Positions 1-9,544 of a DNA stretch of 59,155 nt are shown one piece after another. Within the stretch, counting starts at the first letter, position 1. Each line of letters begins with the position of its first letter. The notes beneath the pieces were generated by a model. It did no database searches, had not been told where the DNA came from, and saw nothing but the letters and a program-made list of their open reading frames with translations. The stretch comes from Candidatus Omnitrophota bacterium (GTDB taxonomy: Bacteria > Omnitrophota > Gorgyraeia > B26-G9), in the NCBI GenBank assembly GCA_018817165.1, contig JAHITY010000005.1, forward strand, positions 1 to 59,155. Reading direction: 5' to 3'. Made by a program: the position numbers and the translations under genes.

Positions 1-133
1 GCCAAGTGTAAGAAGAATTTCACAATCAAAGCAGAAGTCTTTGGTTAGTATTTAAAAACCATAAAACCGGACATTTCTACTTTGGTAAAAAGCGGACATT
101 CTTACTTTGGCTTGACAGCTATGAAGGCTATGG

Positions 134-162
134 TTGACATTTCCTAAGCCCAGTCTTACAAT
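134..162 (+). promoter_or_regulatory. sigma70-type promoter upstream of patatin-like gene
   Basis: TTGACA at 134-139, 17-nt spacer, TACAAT at 157-162, 45 nt upstream of ATG 208. Confidence 0.5.
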
Positions 163-207
163 GGTGTTAATTCATTTATAAAATCAATCAATAAACCAGG
201 GGAGCGA

Positions 208-1134
208 ATGAATAAAAATAAACTGAAAATCGGGCTGGCACTTGGCGGCGGTGGGGTAAGAGGCCTGGCTCATATTGGAGTAATTAAAGCATTAGAGAAA
301 CATATTTCTATTGATATTATTGCCGGAACAAGCATGGGGGCAATGGTTGGCGCTCAATACGCGCTTAATCCTGATAGTCAGGCAATTGAAGAAAGAATGT
401 TAAGTCTGGTTGATCATAAGGAAATAAAAGAAATTGAAAAAATGATCGGCGGCTATTCTCCGGAAGAGGAGAAAAAGGTAATTGTCAAAGAGCTGTTTAC
501 CTTTGTTAAAAGAATGCTATTGTTTAATATCCGAGCGATCAAACGCTGGGTATTCAGCGGTAAAGAAATCGATTGGATATTTGAATATCTGGGTATTGAG
601 CATGATTTTAGTCAGCTAAAAATCCCGTTTTGCTGTACGAGCATGGATTTACGTACTGGCGATGAAATCATATCGCAAGGCGGGAGTATAAAGCAGGCAG
701 TGTTGGCTTCGGTTTCTTTGCCCGGTGTTTTTCCTCCGGTAAAAGTCGGCGAAAGGCTGCTGGTGGATGGGGGAATAATCGGCAGTGTCCCGGTTGACGC
801 GGTAAAAGCCATGGGAGCTGATATTGTGATTGCCGTAGGCGTAGAAGCGCAGGTGGATTATAATAAAAAACTGGGCAATGGGATGGATATAATGTTTCAG
901 GCTGACGCGATCAGAGCTTATTGGCTGAGTGATTTAAGAATAAAAGGCGCGGATATCGCAATCTATCCGGATGTGGGAAAAATCAGCTGGGCCGCTTTTT
1001 CTCGAGGTGAGGAATGTATAAAAGCCGGGGAAGATATCGCGGAGAAAATGCTGCCGCAGATTCTGGAAATAATTAAACGCAAAAAACGGGATAAATTCTG
1101 GAAGAACTTTTTACCTTTTTCTAAACAGAAATAA
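208..1134 (+). CDS. patatin-like phospholipase
   Basis: Oxyanion motif GGGGVRG, nucleophile elbow GTSMG and DGG catalytic-Asp motif in the translated ORF. Confidence 0.85.
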   Translation: MNKNKLKIGLALGGGGVRGLAHIGVIKALEKHISIDIIAGTSMGAMVGAQYALNPDSQAIEERMLSLVDHKEIKEIEKMIGGYSPEEEKKVIVKELFTFVKRMLLFNIRAIKRWVFSGKEIDWIFEYLGIEHDFSQLKIPFCCTSMDLRTGDEIISQGGSIKQAVLASVSLPGVFPPVKVGERLLVDGGIIGSVPVDAVKAMGADIVIAVGVEAQVDYNKKLGNGMDIMFQADAIRAYWLSDLRIKGADIAIYPDVGKISWAAFSRGEECIKAGEDIAEKMLPQILEIIKRKKRDKFWKNFLPFSKQK

Positions 1135-1174
1135 AATTCTTAAACTCTATTTTTTGATATAAATCGGAGGGTAA

Positions 1175-2812
1175 ATGTTTAAAAAACTAATAATTGTAAG
1201 TATTGTGGTTTTTATCGGAATTATTGGCTTGGGTTCTATATATCTTAATAATGTATACATTCCCAAACATTTAAAGCCTTTGGTCATTGATCTTATCAAA
1301 CAGAATTTAAATAAAGATGTTAATATTGATAAAGCGTTCTATTTTCCGTTTAAAGGTGTCCTTTTTTCCGGAATACATGTGCAGAACACTGATGGATCAC
1401 AATACTTAGAAGTAGATAATCTTGATTTAAGTCTTAAATCATTTCCTAAAATAAGAACAAATAAAGTTAGTCTTAAGGCCCGGCTTATTGTCAAAGGCGT
1501 AGATTTAAATCAGCAGGGTTTAATTGTTAATGGAAATACGGTTGCTGATCTCGTGCTGGAGATTGTTAAGAACAAAGCTCCTGTTTTTAGAGCAAATATC
1601 AAATTAGATGATCTGCAGATTAAGGGAATAAATAATATCGCGGATATTGAAAAAATAAACGGAGAAATTATTTGCGACCAAGAATCATTCAGCAGTACGC
1701 GAATAAACGCTATAATCAGTAAACAGCCGCTTAATTTAATTTTTGATGGCAAATACAGTCAAACGGATTTCGTGCTTAATCAGCTGAAAATAAATTATGG
1801 GCAGACCAGTTTAGAAATAAAAGCAAAAGCTGAAGATTTTGAAAAATTAAACATCGCAACTACTGCTACGGGATTGATTGATCTGGGAGATATTAGTAAA
1901 ATTTTAGCAATTGATTCATTGCCGCTTTTAACTGGCGTGTGTAGTTTTACAGCCGATGCTAATGGACCAGTTATTGATTTGGCTAAATTTAAAGCAACCG
2001 CTCAGGCCGCAATCAGCCTGGGAGCAGTGGATAAAATAAAATTCTCAGATTTAAAAGCAAATATTCGCTTTGAGCAGGCAGCGCTTAACCTTGCTCCTTT
2101 GACCTGTGTTTTTTATAATGGAAAAATTAGCGCGGCTTTAAAAGCAGAAATAAAAGATATTATTCCGATCCAGGGTTCGCTGGAAATAGAACAGGTCAAT
2201 CTTCAGCCATTGATTAAGGATATTATTGGTCAAGACATGGGTACGGGTCAGTTTAATGCCCATGCTGGTGTTTCCGGCAATGCCATAGATATTAATAATC
2301 TTACTGGATCGGGCTGGTTTAAAATTGAACAAGCATCTTTAAAGCCGCCGCCTAATTTTAAAAAAGTGGCTAATTCAATAAATCTTCCTGAGCTGTCAGA
2401 TATGCGTATTGAACAATCCAACGCGACTTTTTCTTTGATCGATGGCAAAGCTAAGACCGAAGATTTTATTGCTATTTCTGATTATGCGACGCTATATGGC
2501 AAAGGATATATTGATTTCGAGCAATATGTTGATTTTGAAGTAAAATTTAAGCTCTCTGATGAATTTGCCGCGCGTTCGGGTAAGTCGGGCCAGTATACTA
2601 ATATTGCCGCGGGTGGCGTTAAGGTTAAACTTTTTGGTAAAATTCCGCATGTCCAATATAAACCTGATTTTTCTGTGGAAGATATGTTCAAAAATCAAGG
2701 CGATGAAATACTCAAAGCCTTGTTTGATCCAGATGATGCTCAGCAAAACGATTCAGAGAAAGTTGATCTGCAAAAGCAGCTAAAACAAGGATTGAAAAAT
2801 CTGTTTAAATAA
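1175..2812 (+). CDS. AsmA-family outer-membrane biogenesis protein (putative)
   Basis: N-terminal TM anchor (LIIVSIVVFIGIIGLGSIY), long beta-rich body, C-terminal segment ending VKLFGKIPHVQYKPD typical of the AsmA/DUF748 type. Confidence 0.5.
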   Translation: MFKKLIIVSIVVFIGIIGLGSIYLNNVYIPKHLKPLVIDLIKQNLNKDVNIDKAFYFPFKGVLFSGIHVQNTDGSQYLEVDNLDLSLKSFPKIRTNKVSLKARLIVKGVDLNQQGLIVNGNTVADLVLEIVKNKAPVFRANIKLDDLQIKGINNIADIEKINGEIICDQESFSSTRINAIISKQPLNLIFDGKYSQTDFVLNQLKINYGQTSLEIKAKAEDFEKLNIATTATGLIDLGDISKILAIDSLPLLTGVCSFTADANGPVIDLAKFKATAQAAISLGAVDKIKFSDLKANIRFEQAALNLAPLTCVFYNGKISAALKAEIKDIIPIQGSLEIEQVNLQPLIKDIIGQDMGTGQFNAHAGVSGNAIDINNLTGSGWFKIEQASLKPPPNFKKVANSINLPELSDMRIEQSNATFSLIDGKAKTEDFIAISDYATLYGKGYIDFEQYVDFEVKFKLSDEFAARSGKSGQYTNIAAGGVKVKLFGKIPHVQYKPDFSVEDMFKNQGDEILKALFDPDDAQQNDSEKVDLQKQLKQGLKNLFK

Positions 2813-2828
2813 AAGGCAGAATACTATA

Positions 2829-3965
2829 ATGCTTAAAAAATCCATACAATCAATAATCATTGATAATGCTAAAATTATTCTGGATGACAATATTCTTAAC
2901 AAAGCATGGTTACTGATTGAAAATAATAAGATAAAAAGTTTTGGCAAAGGAGCAAAGCCAAAAGTTTCCAATCATAAAATAATTAATGTTCAAGGCGGTT
3001 ATTTGAGTCCGGGGTTTATTGATCTGCATATTCATGGAAAGATAGAGAAAATATCGAATATGCAGGTAAAGACCGGCACAACCGGTTTTTTAATGACTTT
3101 GCATGCTGGTGATTTTAAGCGTTTTGCTCAAAAAATTAAAACAGCTAAAAAAACTGATTTGTCGGGAGCAGCTTGTTTGGGTTTTAATTTGGAAGGTCCT
3201 TTTATAAATAAAGATATGGCTGGCGCTCAGCCTAAGAATTTTATTCAAGCCCCGGATATTCCGGCAATGCAGGTTCTTATTAAGCAAACTAATAATTATA
3301 TTAAAATAATTACTTTTGCTTGTGAATTAAAAGGCGCAGATAAATTTATAAAATTACTTAAAAAACACGCTATTGTCCCGGCTTTAGGGCATTCTCAGGC
3401 AACTTATGAGCAAGCCCAAAAAGCAATTGATTTGGGAGCTTATTATGCAACGCATAGTTTTAATCGGATGAGCGGTATTTCGGCGCGTAATCCGGGATTG
3501 TCTACTCAAGTTCTTTTAAATAATAAGCTTAGCGCTGAAATTATTGCTGATGGACATCATGTGCATCCGGCTTTGCTCAAACTTTTAGTTCAAAACAAGT
3601 CTGTAGATAAAATAGTATTAGTTACTGATTCCGTGGCTGCTATGGATGATAAAACATTAAAAATGATTGCCGGAGTTTATCGGATGGAAGATTCTGCCCT
3701 GAACCGAGCTTGCTCTGGTGCAGGGTATACAATTGCCGGCAGTAAATTGACTATGTTGCAGGCTGTTAAAAATATGGTATACTTAACAGATGTGAAATTG
3801 GAGTCTGTGGTTAAAATGGCCAGCGCAAATCCAGCTGGGATTCTCGGGCTAGATAAGCGCAAAGGTAAAATAGCTAAAGGTTTTGATGCTGATCTGGTGA
3901 TTTTTGATCAGGATTTTAAATGCAAAATGACGATTGTTTGCGGGAAAGTGGTTTTTAATAGATAA
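2829..3965 (+). CDS. nagA: N-acetylglucosamine-6-phosphate deacetylase
   Basis: Amidohydrolase metal motifs GFIDLHIHG, EGPFIN, ATHSFNRMSG, DGHHVHP; located directly upstream of glmS. Confidence 0.85.
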   Translation: MLKKSIQSIIIDNAKIILDDNILNKAWLLIENNKIKSFGKGAKPKVSNHKIINVQGGYLSPGFIDLHIHGKIEKISNMQVKTGTTGFLMTLHAGDFKRFAQKIKTAKKTDLSGAACLGFNLEGPFINKDMAGAQPKNFIQAPDIPAMQVLIKQTNNYIKIITFACELKGADKFIKLLKKHAIVPALGHSQATYEQAQKAIDLGAYYATHSFNRMSGISARNPGLSTQVLLNNKLSAEIIADGHHVHPALLKLLVQNKSVDKIVLVTDSVAAMDDKTLKMIAGVYRMEDSALNRACSGAGYTIAGSKLTMLQAVKNMVYLTDVKLESVVKMASANPAGILGLDKRKGKIAKGFDADLVIFDQDFKCKMTIVCGKVVFNR

Positions 3966-3967
3966 AT

Positions 3968-4035
3968 GCTACAAGCTACAATCCCCAGGCTGCAGGAAAA
4001 AGTTGAAGCTTGAAGTATGTAGCCTGAAGCAATAA
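3968..4035. repeat. inverted heptamer-word array (GCTACAA x2 / TTGAAGC-like x5) between nagA and glmS
   Basis: gctacaa gctacaa ... ttgaagc ttgaagt atgtagc ctgaagc aataagc; the arms are reverse complements except for a regular A/T difference in each heptamer. Confidence 0.55.
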
Positions 4036-4051
4036 GCTAAAGGAAATTTTT

Positions 4052-6025
4052 ATGTGTGGAATTGTTGGATATATTGGCACTAAAAACGCGGCAAATGTTC
4101 TGATTGACGGACTGCGTTGTTTGGAATATCGGGGTTATGATTCAGCGGGGATTGCGGTTATTGATCAAAGTAAAAAGCTGTTTTTGGTTAAACGCGCCGG
4201 CAAGCTTAAACAGCTGGTGGATTGTCTGGCTCAGCAACCTGTTTGCGGGCATGTAGGCATTGGCCATACGCGCTGGGCAACACATGGTGAACCTAATGAA
4301 ATCAATGCCCATCCGCATTATGGCAATACATTAGAATTTATGGTTGTGCATAATGGAATTATTGAAAACTATCAGGAATTAAAGCTGAATCTTAAAAAAC
4401 AAGGGCATAAATTTACTTCTGAAACTGATACGGAAGTTATTGCGCATTTAATTGAGAAATTTTACAAAGGCGATTTGCAGAAAACTGTTTGCAAGATAAT
4501 AAAACTTTTAAAAGGCAGTTTTGCTCTGGGAGTAATAAGCTCAAAAGAGCCAGATGTTTTAATTGTCGCGCGCAAAGACAGTCCTTTGATTATAGGCTTA
4601 GGTAAGAATGAGAATTTTGTTGCTTCTGATGTGCCGGCAATCCTTTCTAAAACCCGGGAAATTATTTATCTTGATAATGATGAGGTAGCAAAAATAACCA
4701 GTGAAAGTGTGGTTATTTGGAATAGTAAAGAAGCGATAATCAAAAAGAAAAAAGTCTTAATTGATTGGGATACTGCCAGCGCAGAGCGGGCGGGTTTTCC
4801 TCATTTCATGATCAAAGAAATTAATGAACAGCCGAGTGTAATCAAGCAAATCTTAGATCATAGAATAAAGAATAATAAGATAATTTTTGAGAATATTGGT
4901 TTATCAGAATCAAAGCTTAAGCATATTAATAATATTCAGATCGTGGCTTGCGGAACAGCCTATCATGCTGGAATGTGCGGTAAGTATATTTTGGAAAAAC
5001 TATTAAAGCTGCCGATTAATGTCGATACATCCAGTGAATTTCGCTATCGCGACCAGATTATTGTAAAAGATAAAACTCTGATTATTCCGGTCAGTCAATC
5101 CGGGGAGACAGCGGATACTTTGGCTAGTTTACGCACAGCAAAGGATAAAGGAGCAAAAATAATTTCAATTTGCAATGTTCTGGGTAGTTCAATTGCCCGA
5201 GAATCAGATGGCGTGATCTACACTTTAGCCGGCCCGGAAATCGCAGTTGCTTCTACTAAGGCCTATACAGCGCAGCTGGCAACTTTTTATCTTTTAGCAA
5301 TTTATTTGGGAGCTTTAAAAGGAGTTATTTCTCCGAAAAAGCAAAAACAACTGATCAATCAGATGAAGCAGATCCCAGATTTAATGCAGCAGGTGCTTAA
5401 AGATAAGCATAAAGTGCAAAAAATTTCTGCTGAATATGTGCAACGCTATCATCATCGACTTGCTGATCAGTTTAAATTTCTTGAAGATGATATTGTTGAA
5501 TTTAAGGATCCTAAAAAAGCGCTTCTATTGGCTGAAAAATGGGCAAAAAGGTCGCATTCAACATATGGCCGGAGGTTTGGCGATTTTCCATTTTTGTATT
5601 TAGGTCGTAATGTTAATTACCCCAGTGCTTTAGAAGGTGCCTTAAAATTAAAAGAAATAACATATATTAGTGCTGAGGGTTATGCTGCTGGGGAAATGAA
5701 GCATGGGCCAATAGCTTTGATTGATGAATTTCCTTTGGTTGTCTGTATCAGCCCGCAGTCCAGTGTGTATGATAAGATGCTTTCCAATATCCGGGAAATA
5801 AAAGCTCGTAAAGGAACTGTTCTTAGCATTGCTACAAAGGGCGATAAAGAAATTGTTAAAAAAGACTATTCTGATTATGTTTTATATATACCGCAGGTTG
5901 ATGAATTTTTCTCGCCATTGCTGGTGGCATTACCGCTACAGTTATTGGCCTATTATATTGCCGTAGAATTGGGTTGTGATGTGGATCAGCCGCGAAATCT
6001 GGCAAAAAGTGTTACTGTTGAATAA
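4052..6025 (+). CDS. glmS: glutamine--fructose-6-phosphate aminotransferase (with extra ~45-aa insert)
   Basis: Starts MCGIVGY (Ntn Cys2), two SIS domains, ends [13 protein letters not shown]; 657 aa against the usual ~610. Confidence 0.93.
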   Translation: [657 protein letters not shown]

Positions 6026-6054
6026 TTTTGAATCATTAAAGCAATAATATTTAG

Positions 6055-6083
6055 TTGACAAGTTAAGCGAAATAAGGTATATT
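6055..6083 (+). promoter_or_regulatory. sigma70-type promoter for the tRNA-Val/tRNA-Asp pair
   Basis: TTGACA 6055-6060, 17-nt spacer, TATATT 6078-6083, about 15 nt upstream of tRNA 5' end. Confidence 0.6.
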
Positions 6084-6098
6084 ACAAAATCTAAACAT

Positions 6099-6175
6099 GG
6101 GCGCGTAGCTCAGCTGGTTAGAGCACCTCCCTTACAAGGAGGGGGTCGTAGGTTCGAATCCTACCGCGCCCACCA
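6099..6175 (+). tRNA. tRNA-Val (anticodon TAC), CCA encoded
   Basis: Acceptor gggcgcg/cgcgccc, D arm gctc-agctggttaga-gagc, anticodon loop cttacaa, T arm gtagg-ttcgaat-cctac, 3' acca. Confidence 0.93.
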
Positions 6176-6276
6176 TAAACCATTAGCTTGACTCAGGTTT
6201 ATGGCGCAGCCACAGTCCTGTACCGGAGGAGAGTAGCGACGACTGGTTCAGGGCAAGTCATAGATAAAAAAATTCC

Positions 6277-6353
6277 GGAGCTGTAGTTCAGCTGGTTAGA
6301 ACGTCGGATTGTCGATCCGAAGGTCGCGGGTTCGATCCCCGTCAGCTCCGCCA
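6277..6353 (+). tRNA. tRNA-Asp (anticodon GTC), CCA encoded
   Basis: Acceptor ggagctg/cagctcc, anticodon stem-loop tcgga-ttgtcga-tccga, T arm gcggg-ttcgatc-cccgt, 3' gcca. Confidence 0.93.
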
Positions 6354-6360
6354 TTAATAA

Positions 6361-6392
6361 AGAGCCTAGTTTAAAACTAAGCTCTTTTTTTT
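6361..6392 (+). terminator. intrinsic terminator after tRNA-Asp
   Basis: Stem agagcctagt/actaagctct followed by a T8 run. Confidence 0.7.
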
Positions 6393-6592
6393 ATAATAAA
6401 GTTTCGAGATGAGAACCCGAAAAAAGGGTTATAGGGAAAAAGCGGGTTTTTCCTTATAACCCTTTGCTAAAGCTTCGGAGGACAAGTCGGCGTTTGTTTA
6501 TCTATTCTAATTATACCCCCTTGATGTGTGTGTGCTTATCTTCGGTAAAACCGTTTCTCATGCTTAAAAGAGTAACTGTTTTTACCCCCCTA

Positions 6593-6621
6593 TTGATATT
6601 TATGCTGGTATTTGCTATAAT
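6593..6621 (+). promoter_or_regulatory. sigma70-type promoter for PEPCK gene
   Basis: TTGATA 6593-6598, 17-nt spacer, TATAAT 6616-6621; SD aaggag just upstream of ATG 6654. Confidence 0.6.
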
Positions 6622-6653
6622 AATTAACTAATATAAAAAAGGAGAAAATTATA

Positions 6654-8525
6654 ATGAATGATAAGCTAAAAAGCTGTTTAGAGAAAAAATGCGTAGCGAA
6701 AAGCTATGAAAAGCTTACTGCTTTAAAAAATCAGAGTATAATTGATTTTATATCTGAATACGTGGAATTATGCAATCCTGATTCTGTGTTTGTCCGAACC
6801 GATGCGCAGGAAGACATTGATTATATCCGGGCCAAAGCACTTGAAATGGGGGAAGAGATTGCTTTAAATAAAAAAGGGCATACGATTCATTTTGACAGCA
6901 TGAAGGACCAAGCCAGAGATAAAGCCAATACTAAGTTCCTGATTACGCCGGAAATGAAATTTGGCGCGCATATTAATACTGTTGAGCGTTATAGCGGACT
7001 TAAAGAAGTCCGGGGCTTTCTTAAGAATATTATGGTTGGCAGACAAATGTATGTAATGTTCATGTGTCTGGGGCCGGTCAATTCGGATTTTTCCATATAT
7101 GCGATTCAGATAACTGATTCCGCGTATGTTTCCCACTCAGAGGATATTCTTTATCGTCCGGCATATGAGGCTTTTAAGGCCAAAGCTGCGAATATTGAAT
7201 TTTTTAAATACGTACATTCTGCTGGAGAACTGGAAAAAAATGTGAGTAAAAATGTTGATAAACGCCGAATTTATATGGATTTAGTCGATGGGATTGTGTT
7301 TACTGCCAATACTCAGTATGCAGGCAATACTGTCGGCCTTAAAAAACTTTCTTTGCGCATGGCAATTAATAAAGCGGATAAAGAAGGCTGGCTGGCAGAA
7401 CATATGTTCTTAATGGGAGTTAAAGGTCCGAATAATCGCAAATCCTATTTTACCGGTGCTTATCCGAGTGCTTGCGGAAAAACTTCGACTTGCATGGTTG
7501 AGGGAGAAAGCATTGTTGGTGACGATATTGCTTATTTGCGTAAAAAAGACGGTAATGTTTACGCGGTTAATGTTGAGCGGGGAATATTCGGGATAATAAA
7601 TGATGTAAAGCTAAAAGATGATCCTAAAATTTGGGATGTGTTAACTTCAGAAGGAGAGGTTATTTTCTCTAATGTGCTGAATGTTGATGGCGTGCCTTAT
7701 TGGCAGGGAGACGGCCGGGCAATTCCGGAAGCTGGAGTGAATTATTCCGGAGCTTGGACAAAAGTTAAAAAAGACGCTTCAGGAAAAGAAATTGCGCATT
7801 CACATAATAATGCTCGATATACAATTCCGATAAAAACCTTAAAGAATTGTGATGCGAAATTGGAAGATCCGCAGGGCGCTAAAATCGAAGGGATCATTTA
7901 CGGAGGAAGAGATTCTGATACCTGGGTTCCTGTATTCCAGAGTTTTGATTGGGATCATGGAGTTGTTTGTCTTGCCAGTTCATTGGAATCAGAGACAACT
8001 GCCGCTACTTTGGGCAGAGAAGGTGTGCGTAAATTCTGCTTGATGGCAAATCTTGATTTTCTTTCAATTCCCTTAGGGAAATATATTCAAAATCATCTTG
8101 ATTTTACCAAGGGATTAGATAAAGTCCCGGTAATATTTGGAGCAAATTATTTTCTTAAAGACAAAAAAGGTAAATATCTAAGCGGTTTGCAGGATAAGCG
8201 AGTCTGGCTTAAATGGATGGAATTACGCGTGCACAATGATGTCGGTGCGATTACTACTCCGATTGGGATGATCCCGCGTTATGAAAATTTGAAAAAGCTG
8301 TTCAAAGACGTATTAGATACTGATTATTCTGAAAGTTTATATAATGAACAGTTTAAGATCCGGATTCCTGAGAATTTGGAAAAAATCGAGCGAATCTTCG
8401 AAGTATATGAGACTAATGCTATAGATATTCCTCAAATGGTTTTTGCTAAGCTTGATGGACAGCGCAAGCGTTTGCTGGCTTTACAGTCTAAGCTCGGCGA
8501 TTATGTGATTCCGGATCAATTATAA
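6654..8525 (+). CDS. pckG: phosphoenolpyruvate carboxykinase (GTP-dependent)
   Basis: GTP-PEPCK kinase-1a motif YPSACGKTS, GDDIAY, NARYT; ~620 aa, the length typical of the GTP class. Confidence 0.88.
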   Translation: MNDKLKSCLEKKCVAKSYEKLTALKNQSIIDFISEYVELCNPDSVFVRTDAQEDIDYIRAKALEMGEEIALNKKGHTIHFDSMKDQARDKANTKFLITPEMKFGAHINTVERYSGLKEVRGFLKNIMVGRQMYVMFMCLGPVNSDFSIYAIQITDSAYVSHSEDILYRPAYEAFKAKAANIEFFKYVHSAGELEKNVSKNVDKRRIYMDLVDGIVFTANTQYAGNTVGLKKLSLRMAINKADKEGWLAEHMFLMGVKGPNNRKSYFTGAYPSACGKTSTCMVEGESIVGDDIAYLRKKDGNVYAVNVERGIFGIINDVKLKDDPKIWDVLTSEGEVIFSNVLNVDGVPYWQGDGRAIPEAGVNYSGAWTKVKKDASGKEIAHSHNNARYTIPIKTLKNCDAKLEDPQGAKIEGIIYGGRDSDTWVPVFQSFDWDHGVVCLASSLESETTAATLGREGVRKFCLMANLDFLSIPLGKYIQNHLDFTKGLDKVPVIFGANYFLKDKKGKYLSGLQDKRVWLKWMELRVHNDVGAITTPIGMIPRYENLKKLFKDVLDTDYSESLYNEQFKIRIPENLEKIERIFEVYETNAIDIPQMVFAKLDGQRKRLLALQSKLGDYVIPDQL

Positions 8526-8640
8526 TAAGGATTCCGAAAGTGCCTGCTTGGCCGCAGTCATTTCGGACTAAATTTACGCTGGCTGACTTGATGTCGCTTA
8601 CGCTCCATAAGCCAGGCGTTCATTTAAGGAGGTAAGAATA

Positions 8641-9522
8641 ATGAGCAAGGCATTATCATCTATTGAATTAAAAAATGTTAAGTTTTTTAGAAGAGGAAAA
8701 GTAAGAGAAGTATACGATCTTGGCGATAATCTATTGATAATATCTACGGATCGAGTTTCCTGTTTTGATGTTATATTGCCAACGGCAATTCCGGAAAAAG
8801 GCAGGTTGCTTACTGAAATTTCTAAATTCTGGTTTGAGTTTACCCGAGATATTGTGTCTAATCATTTGGTCAGCACTGATGTCAATGATTATCCCCAAGA
8901 ATTAGCTGAATATAAAGATCTGCTTGCGGGAAGAAGTATGCTGGTAAAAAAAGCCAAGCCTTTGCCGGTTGAATGTATTGTCCGAGGGTATATTTCCGGG
9001 TCAGGATGGAAAGATTATCAGAAAACTGGCTCAATTTGCGGAATAAAACTGCCGCAAGGATTGCGGGAATCAGATAAGTTGCCGGAAGTTATTTTTACTC
9101 CTTCGACAAAAGCCGAAGTCGGACATGATGAAAATGTTTCTCAGGATTATATAGAGCAGCTGATCGGTAAAGAAATTACTGATATAATAAAAGAGTTGAG
9201 TATTGCGGTTTATACCAAGGCGCGTGATTATGCGGAAAAAAGAGGTATTATTATTGCTGATACTAAATTTGAATTTGGGGTTATTGATAATAAAATTATT
9301 CTTATAGATGAAGTGCTTACTCCTGATTCATCCCGCTTCTGGCCAAAAGATAAATATCAGCCAGGAAAATCACAGCCAAGTTTTGATAAGCAGTTTGTTA
9401 GAGATTATTTAGAGACTCTTGAATGGGATAAAACTCCTCCCGGGCCTCAATTGCCGGATGAGATTGTTGAAAAGACAACAGAAAAATATCAGCAGGCAGT
9501 AAATATTTTGATTGAAAAATGA
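8641..9522 (+). CDS. purC: phosphoribosylaminoimidazole-succinocarboxamide (SAICAR) synthase
   Basis: [36 protein letters not shown] motifs. Confidence 0.92.
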   Translation: MSKALSSIELKNVKFFRRGKVREVYDLGDNLLIISTDRVSCFDVILPTAIPEKGRLLTEISKFWFEFTRDIVSNHLVSTDVNDYPQELAEYKDLLAGRSMLVKKAKPLPVECIVRGYISGSGWKDYQKTGSICGIKLPQGLRESDKLPEVIFTPSTKAEVGHDENVSQDYIEQLIGKEITDIIKELSIAVYTKARDYAEKRGIIIADTKFEFGVIDNKIILIDEVLTPDSSRFWPKDKYQPGKSQPSFDKQFVRDYLETLEWDKTPPGPQLPDEIVEKTTEKYQQAVNILIEK

Positions 9523-9544
9523 TTTTGTTATAGGGCGCTTTTAA

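Noticed and set aside
612-812. Numerous short antisense or out-of-frame ORFs inside well-supported genes (e.g. 612-812, 1510-1752, 6864-7136, 23875-24360, 25369-25758, 31494-31978, 32552-32896, 37415-37675)
   Set aside because: They are embedded in genes with strong family motifs on the other strand or frame, and their translations are low-complexity or show no motifs.
3966-4051. Possible glmS ribozyme upstream of glmS
   Set aside because: The spacer is only 86 nt and consists of the heptamer-word array. It is too short for the ~170-nt ribozyme and no conserved core is seen.
6176-6276. Possible small RNA in the 101-nt spacer between tRNA-Val and tRNA-Asp
   Set aside because: It contains short complementary segments (taaacc/ggttta, cagtc/gactg) but no recognisable conserved RNA motif. 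It is more simply a processed inter-tRNA spacer.
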